A stretch of 62,948 nucleotides of DNA, the filler included, from Chrysochromulina tobinii (taxonomy: Eukaryota), in NCBI GenBank assembly GCA_001275005.1. It is 5 parts of 5 records of this genome, joined end to end, with 100 filler letters (N's around TTAATTAATTAA, not from the genome) between each part and the next. Parts side by side here need not be neighbours in the genome. Positions count along the whole stretch, not along the records: positions 37,908 to 62,948 come from JWZX01000856.1; 4 more parts are not named here. One strand, 5' to 3'. Shown here piece by piece: positions 55,671 to 62,948 of this stretch. Both the position numbers and the translations under genes were made by a program. The notes beneath the pieces were generated by a model, which saw nothing but the letters and a program-made list of their open reading frames with translations, was not told where the DNA came from and searched no databases. Each line of letters opens with the position of its first letter. Position 1 is the stretch's first letter.

Positions 55671-58600
55671 ATGAGAGGGTTGAATGGTGGAGTCTTACTC
55701 GTCGCCGCCGCTTTGGGCGCGCGCGCCGAGAGCGCAACCTCCGCCCCCTTTGACGAGGCGCCTTGGGCGAGCCGTCAGCTTCTTCTCGGCGCCACTTCTC
55801 CTTCCCCGCCGTCGCAGCCGACCCCCTCTGTTACTGGCGCCGAGCACCCTTGTAACAGATATGGCACCGACTGCGCCGACTGCGGACCAGGCCAGCCGCT
55901 GCCACCACCGGCGGTCAGCCCATCCCCCTTGCGTGCTGGCACTGGCATCTGGACGACGGCGTGCTTCTTTGCATCAGCCGAGTGTTTGGACGGCGGCCCC
56001 GGCTCCGAGCTCCTGATGTGCGCGTACGGCACCGACTGCGTCGACTGCGGCGCGCGCAACGTGTCGCCGCCCCCGCCGCCACATTCCTCTGGCGTGGTGT
56101 ACACGAACGACTGCCTCAACGCCGGCGACAGCGGCGGCCCTGGCTCCAAGTTCGCGACGTGCGCCTTCGGCACCGACTGCGTCGACTGTGGCCCGCGCGT
56201 CTCCATGCCATTGCCGCCTCCACGGCCACCAGCAGCGCATCCGGCACCCAACCCACCGCCGAGTAGCATCTGCTCGACCCCGTGCTTCTACACCTCCAAC
56301 GCTGATTGCGATGATGGCGGCTTCGGCTGCCTGATCTGCGCCTACGGCACCGACTTGACAAGCTGTCGCGAGCACCCTCCGCGCCGTCACAAGCATAGAT
56401 CGCGCGGTCACGAGCGCGCCCCCGGTCGCGCTGTCGCGAGCACCACCTGCGCCGTCGCGAGCACCTTCTGCGCCGTCACCTCCCGCGCCGTTGCATGCAC
56501 CATCCGGGCCGTCGCAAGCCCCACCCGGGCCGTCGCGAGCACCAACCGGGCCGCCGCGATCACCACCAGCGCTGCTGTGAGCACCATCTGCGCCGGCATG
56601 GGCACCTTACGCGCCATCGCGAGCACTGCACGCGCCGGCATGGGCACCATACGTGCCTTCAAGGGCAGCTTCGTCATCATGGGTAACATACGTGCCGTCG
56701 TGAGCCTTCCGCGCGCCGTCGTGAGCCTCACACGCGCCGTCGTGAGCATACTTTGCGCCATAATGGGCACTCGTCGCCCTGTCGCGAGCACCTCCCACGC
56801 CGAAGGGAGCACCAACCGCGCCGTAATGACCACCAACCGCGCCGAGCACTTCCCGCGCTGCCACGAGCGCACGCGCCGTCGTGGGCACTTAACGTCACCG
56901 CCCCCGCCGATGCCCCCACCCAAGACGCCACCGTGCCGTTCGGACTCTGGCCTGACGCCACCGCCTGCGACCTCGCCGACACATCCGACCTCGGCAACAC
57001 ATCCGACCTCGCCAACACATCCGATCACACGCTCACATACCCAAAGGCCCGATGGACACGGTGAGATCTGGTTGGAGACGCGGCTGGAGGCGGCTTCCAA
57101 TTGGTGGCCAGTCACCAGGCAGCTACCCCTGCCTCTCGCTCTGCATGGCCAGTATCCGTCTGGCGACACTTTGTTGGATGCATCCGACTGCCTGAGGAAC
57201 CAAGTGATCCCCGTGCTGGCCGGTCGCGCCCACACTGTGTCCTCGTCCAGCAGCTCACTCGGTGATTGGCCAACGGATGTCCTTCACACGCAGTGTGCAT
57301 TCATAGTGTGCGCAGGCAATGTCGTGGCAGAAGTCGTCGGCTCGCTGCCCTTCCACGCTGCGCTTATCCCCGCATCGTGGGACCACCTGCTTGCGCCAGA
57401 TGGGGCGGTCGCTGCACTGGGCGATCACGTGATCCTCGACGCCAAAGAGCAGGTGCGCGACCAGCGGCCCACAGACGCCATCGTCCCAGGATTGTGGATG
57501 CTCGGGCAGCGCCTGGCTCCAGATCTTCGTAGCACGGTTTCGGCAAAGAGCCTTTATCTCCTTGGGTGCACGGCAAAGAGCGATGCTCTTCTTGCGTTGG
57601 AAGCCGAGCAACAGCAAGTCCTCCTGGCGCTCCATCGAGGTGCGATCACGTCCTCTTTGAAAGGCTCTGCTAGCCATTTGGTGGCGCGTGCTTGCAATCT
57701 GGTGGCGCCTGCTGACAGGTTGGTGGTGGTGCTAGCTCGCCTTTTGGCGACGTCTGCGTTCCTTCGGCTGGCGTCTGCTCGCTTTTCGGTGGCGTCTGCT
57801 CGCTTTTCCGTTGCGCCTGCTCATGATTTGGACGGCGGCAGCATACTCAATCCACGACAGTTGGTGCTGTGGGGGTGCATGCTGATGGGATCGCTCATGG
57901 CATGGCATCATCGTTTTGCGAAGCCTCCTTGCACTCGGCCTCGGCCTCGAGAGGAACATAAGCTGCAGGTTACCCTCACTCTCCTTGCATTGTACAGCAT
58001 GCTCCCCTGCACCAAGGCCAGCGACGCTCCCGGGCTGTACGAGCATCCTGTGCCCAGCCACCGCCGTGAGCTGCAGACGGCAGTGAGAAGCAGCGCCGGC
58101 CTGACCAGTGCACTCGCCAGCCCAACCGTCGGCCACATTGTCCTTGCCTCCGGCACCTACTACCTCAGCGCCGAGCTCAGAATCACCAGGAGCGTGATCA
58201 TCGAGGCGGCCGTGGCAGGCTCGGTCGTGCTGCACGCGCAGGCGAGCTCCTCGAGTCCGCGTCGTGTGCTGTACATCAGCCCGGGGTCGAGGGGCGTCGT
58301 GCAACTGTTCGGGCTCAAACTCACGGGAGGCCTCACCATCTATGTGCGTGCTCATATGTTCAAATGTTCCCATCGCCCCCATGGGAAGATTGCTGACGCG
58401 CTTGCCTCGACTCTCGCTTGTGCAACTGCGAACGCATCGGTGAACTATACAAAGGGGGTGCGTGCCACAGAGACCTTGAAAACTTCCCATCGCCCTGATG
58501 GGAAAATTTTTGTGCTGACCCGCTTACCTCGACTCTCACTCACACAACTGCGGCCGACGCTCCGGTCAACAACAGCAAGTACGTGCCGCAGAGACCTTCA

Positions 58601-60950
58601 ACTATCCCATCGCCCCGCTGGGAAAAATGCTGACGTGCTTGCCTCGACTCACGCTTGCACAACTGCGGCCAACGCTCTGATCAACTCCAGGGGGTGCGTG
58701 ACGCAGAGACCTTCAAAAGTTCCCATCACCCCAATGGGAAAATTGCTAACGTGCTTGCCTTGACTCTTGCTTGCACAACTACGAACGCTTCGGTCAACTA
58801 CAGAATGTACGTGCCGCATAGACCTACAACTATCCCACATCGCCCCGATGGGAGAATTGCTGACGCGCTTGCCTCGACTCACTCTTGCACAACTGCGAAC
58901 CCTTCGGTCAACTACAGTATGTACGTGCCAACTGTAGACCTTGAAAAGTTAAGTTCCGATCGCGCCAATGGAAAAATTGCTGACGAGTTTGCCTCGACTC
59001 TTGCATGCACTACTGTGGCTGACGCTTTGGTCAACTACAGGAAGTATGTTCTGCAGAGGACCTCTAACTTTCCCATTGCCCCGATGGGAAAATTGCTGAC
59101 GTGCTTGCCCCCGACTCACGCTTTGCACAACTGCGAATGCTTCGGTCAACTATACAGGGGGTGCGTGCTGCAAAGACCTTGAAAACTTCCCATCGCCCCG
59201 ATGGGAAAGTTATTGCTGACGTGCTTGCCCTGACTCACGCTTGCACAACTGCGGCCCACGCTCTGGTCAACTGCAGTGGGTATGTGCCGCACAGAGACCT
59301 GAAATTTCATCACCACCGCCCTGATGGGAAAATGCTGATGTGCTTGCCCCGACTCTCGCTTGCACAACTACGAACGCTTCGGTCAACTACGAACAGCGGG
59401 TACGTGCCGCAGAGAACTTGAAAAGTTCCCAACGCCCCCATGGGAAACTCACGTTTTGCTCTTTGTTTGTGTAGGGCGGCGGTGTCTACGTCTCTTCTGG
59501 CACGGTCTCGATAACGTCTTCCTCGATCACCGGCAACACAGCTTCTGGAATTGTGCGTGCTTATGTGCAAAACTTCCCATCGCCCCGATGGGATGCCTTG
59601 CTGACACATGCCCAAAACGACTCTCATCTTTTATGATGGGTGCTGCCTCGATCTACCAGTATGGGGTACGTGCCATCTGGGCCTGAAACTTCAAAAGTTC
59701 GCATCGCCCCGATGGGAAAGTTGCTGATGAGCTTGCCACGACTCACGCTTGCACAACTGCGGCCGAAACTCCGGTCAACTACAGACTGTACGTGCCGCAG
59801 AGGACCTCTAATTTTCCCATGGCCTCCATGGGAAACTCACGTTTTGCTCGTTGTTTGTAGGGCGGCGGTGTCTACGTCTCTTCTGGAACGGTCTCGATAA
59901 CGTCTTCCTCGATCACCGGCAACACAGCTTCTTATGTGCGTGCTCACACTCCAAATCTCCCATCGCCCCGATGGGAAAGTTGCTGACGTGCTTGCCTCCG
60001 ACTCACGCTTTGCACAACTGCGAATGCATCGGTCAACTACAGTGGGTGCGTGCCACAGAAACCTTGAAAGTTCCCATTGCCCCCATGGGAGACTCACGTT
60101 TTGCTCGTTGTTTGCAGGGCGGAGGTGTCGCCGTCTCGTCTGGCTCAGTGACCATTGATTCGTGCACCATCACTGGCAACACAGCTCTCTATGTGCGCGC
60201 TCATCCTCAAAAGTTCCCAATGCCCCAATGGGAAATCTGCGCCCCGATGGGAGACTCACGATTTGCTCGTTGTTTGCAGGGCGGCGGTGTCTATGACTCG
60301 TCGATGTCTGGCACAGTGGCCATCTCATCGTCCACCATAAGTGGGAACTCTGCTAGCTCTGTGCGCGCTCACGCTCTCAAAAGTTCCCATTGCCCCGATG
60401 GGAAAAATTCTGACGTGTGCTTGCCTCGACTCTCGCTTGCACAACTGCGAACGCTTCGGTCAACTCCAGTTAGTACGTGCCACAGAGACCTTGAAAACTT
60501 CCCATCGCCCGCATGGGAGACTCACCTTTTGCTCGTTGTTTGTAGGGCGGCGGTGTCTACGTCTCTTCTGGCACGGTCTCGATAACGTCTTCCTCGATCA
60601 CCGGCAACACAGCTTCTTATGTGCGTGCTCACACTCTAAATCTCCCGTAGTGACCACTGTGTGCCCGTAGTGACCACTGTGTCGTCGCGTTCCCTAATAC
60701 TCCCCCTGCCCAGGGGCCCAATGTCTATGTCAGCAGTGGAGGCACAGCAGTCTCCAGGGCAACAAACCTCACCGGCGTCTCTGGCACAGTCTGGAATTTA
60801 ACTCTGGGTAGTTATATACTGATCGGACTGCTAGCGTTGGCTTTCGTCTGGCAGTCGTTGCGTGCTGTCGTTGCTTGCTGTCGTCGAGAGCAAGATTCCT
60901 GGCAAGTCATTATTGACGACGACGCGCCGAACGATCCTCAGTGCGCATGA
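55671..60950 (+). CDS. Surface protein: signal peptide, YGTDCxDCG repeats, Pro-rich linker, RRELQ motif, parallel beta-helix (GGGVYV...GNTA) repeats, TM helix. Constant exons: to 58343, 59475-59552, 59861-59935, 60118-60192, 60280-60360, 60546-60620, 60714-60950. Alternative start 57879/57897
   Basis: Beta-helix cap HIVLASGTY; each repeat exon is bounded by YAG and GTGCG, all phase 0; last exon reads GPNVYVSSGG...GSYILIGLLALAFVWQSLRAVVACCRR... Confidence 0.75.
58344..60545 (+). repeat. Homologous ~115-bp intron units enclosing 3-nt (one 6-nt) candidate micro-exons
   Basis: Unit = GTRCGTGCC...TTCCCATCGCCCCGATGGGAA...GCTGAC...GGTCAACTACAG + NNN; 13 units carry AG-N3/N6-GT. Confidence 0.9.
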
Positions 60951-61360
60951 TGAAGACGAACCACCCACTGATTGCGATTGGGCGCCTCGCTCCCTCTCTG
61001 AGTGCCATCGCGCAGAGAATCGACAGGCAGGGCGCTCTGCCTGCCAGTGACTGCCTTTTGCCATCTTGACGTCCATTCAGCAGCATAAACGCGCCAAACG
61101 TTGCGGACGGACACCTGCTCCCTTCTTCGCCTGATTGATTGCCCCGAGGGGTGATTGGCGACGACGCGGGGTGTCGTGCACATTCTTCCGCACGTGAGTT
61201 GCACCGATTGCCTTCCCTATGCCTTCCCATGGCGAACGAATGGCGGCGGGTTGCGATTGGTTGCGGCCGACTGGTCGCAATGGACGACCTCTGTGGCAAC
61301 CGAGTGCCTTGGCATTGCACAGCGCCAAAACAGCGTGCGTTCGCCCTCGTGCTTCCACAG

Positions 61361-62447
61361 GCGGGACAAGGCGGCGGCCGACAAGGCGGCGGCCGACAAG
61401 GCGGCGGCCGAGAGGGCGGCGGCCGACAAGGCCGCGGCAGAGAAGGCGGCGGCCGAGAAGGTGGCGGCCGAGAGGGCGGCGGCCGAGAAGGTGGCGGCGG
61501 CGGAGAGGGCGAAGAAAGCTGAAGAGAAGGCGAAGAAAGCTGAAGAGAAAGACGGCTTCGCCCTCCGGCCTCTTCTGCCGGGGACCGACTTGCTGCAATC
61601 GCTCGAGGCGCTGCTCCAGACAGATGGCTCGGAGCTTGGCAAGGGCTCGGACGTGAAGAAAAAGTACGGCGAGTACGACTCGCTCAAGCTCGCGTGTGCG
61701 TGGAAGGTCGACCATCAACGCAACCTGGACAAGTACACGACCGGCGTGAAGCGCGTGCAGAAGGAGCTCGAGATGCTTGAGAAGAAAGGCAAGGATGTCT
61801 CCAATGTTCCCGGCCTGCCCGTGAAGACGGATTGCGTGGGCGGCTTCACCCTCTCGCAGGCTTGCAATGAGGTCATCCTCTTGCATGGTGTCAACCCAGA
61901 TCGGCTGCTAGACCTGCTGTCCACGGGCCTGAACGAGCACTTCGCAGGCATCAACACGGGCACCGCCTTTGGCGACGGCGTCTACCTCGCGGAGGACGCT
62001 GGCAAGACGGATCAGTACGTAGGCCCCGACAGCGCGTACGACCCAAGCAGTGAGCTGCACAAGCGGCTGTATGACGAAACCATGCCCCACCCGGAAGACG
62101 TCCTCTACGTTCTCGTGGTGCGCGCGGCCCTCGGCTTCCCCATGCGCACGCAGCGTACGCTGGTCAAAAAGGCAAAGACACATGACCTTCGAGCCGCACG
62201 GGTCACCTCGATGGACAATGGCGCGCCTATCTTTCCAGTCAGCTGCCGTGAGCTCTCGGCAGTGCCGGGTGTCATGCCAAAAATCTTTCACCATTCGCTG
62301 ATTGCCGAGCTGGGCAAGGATATCGTGCGCTACCGCGAGTTTGTTCTCTTCAACAGCAACTACGTGCACATCGACTACGTCATCGCCTACCACCGCTACA
62401 ATAAAGGCCAGAAGCTGCGCATGACCGACAGTCCCTATCAGGCATGA
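61361..62447 (+). CDS. PARP-like ADP-ribosyltransferase catalytic domain preceded by (AAAEK/DK)n helical repeats; terminal exon, no ATG upstream of the domain
   Basis: [44 protein letters not shown]...YVIAY (H-Y-E triad); acceptor TTCCACAG ends at 61360. Confidence 0.88.
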
Positions 62448-62948
62448 GGCTGCGTATGACCGACAGTCCCAATCAGGCACAGCAAGTTCTGGGCGCCGCA
62501 GATTGCGACACGATTCGCGTTGAAGTCTTCTCAAACCCGTGAGTCTTCTCAAACCGACCCTTCCTAGCACGGCAGAGCCGGGATAGAGCCGGGAGCGAGC
62601 CGGGACCGACAGTCCCTGAGACCCACAGTTCTGAAGGGATCCCCTGGTGTGCGGTGGGGGACCCGGGAATTTGAAGGTGGTGCCGTCCTGAGGTTGTTGA
62701 TGCATATGCAGGTGGGTGTTTGCTGTTCGTTTTCCTGGGTTCCGTTGTTATGTTTCCTGGGTTATCCCGTTATGTCTGTCATATGGTCAGATATGCTGTG
62801 GCCTGTGCAAGGTGTCCTTATCGCGCAAGGGATTGACGTGACATATGAATAGAACAATGAACGTCTTCTCTGTGCATCACACTCAAAGGGATGGTTATTA
62901 ATAAGCAGCCCCCCACAGAGACGGCCAGGGGCCGGCTCTGAGTCCCCT

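Noticed and set aside
58344..59474. CRISPR-like array (palindromic repeat at regular spacing)
   Set aside because: Sequences between hairpins are homologous to each other rather than unique spacers; no cas genes; units carry spliceosomal signals.
58344..60670. ORF-track peptides such as SHRPDGKIADVLASTHAC and PIAPMGKLLTCLP
   Set aside because: Translations of the intronic repeat in shifting frames with stops; not a coherent protein.
62415..62600. Short direct repeats near the PARP stop (TGCGYATGACCGACAGTCCC x2, AGTCTTCTCAAACC x2)
   Set aside because: Small local duplications with no recognisable element structure inside the window.

Overview
GC-rich, intron-containing eukaryotic DNA, most likely a flagellated haptophyte alga (inferred from gene content and intron style; not verifiable here). 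It is five contigs joined by artificial 100-bp N44-TTAATTAATTAA-N44 linkers (8133, 12397, 20758, 37808), so adjacency across linkers means nothing. It holds the 3' part of an RNase H-bearing LINE, a single-ORF Ty1/copia element with a Tudor-like insert plus the start of a tandem second copy, and about 25 host genes (RPS18, cyclin C, DRC8/EFCAB2-like, UPF0193, Mpv17, TauE, methyltransferases, a kinase, a GPS/PDZ polycystin-like protein, an SP-RING/Tudor/CW protein). The standout is 58344-62447. A beta-helix (GGG-V-Y...GNTA repeat) membrane protein gene has homologous hairpin-containing introns that enclose 13 candidate micro-exons (twelve of 3 nt, one of 6 nt). All are phase 0, none is a stop, and all fall at one loop position of the repeat; nine lie in one tandem array. 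The gene can also splice in frame, after its transmembrane helix, into a downstream PARP-like domain that has no ATG of its own. This looks like a splice-diversified receptor system, but it is an inference that needs RNA-seq.
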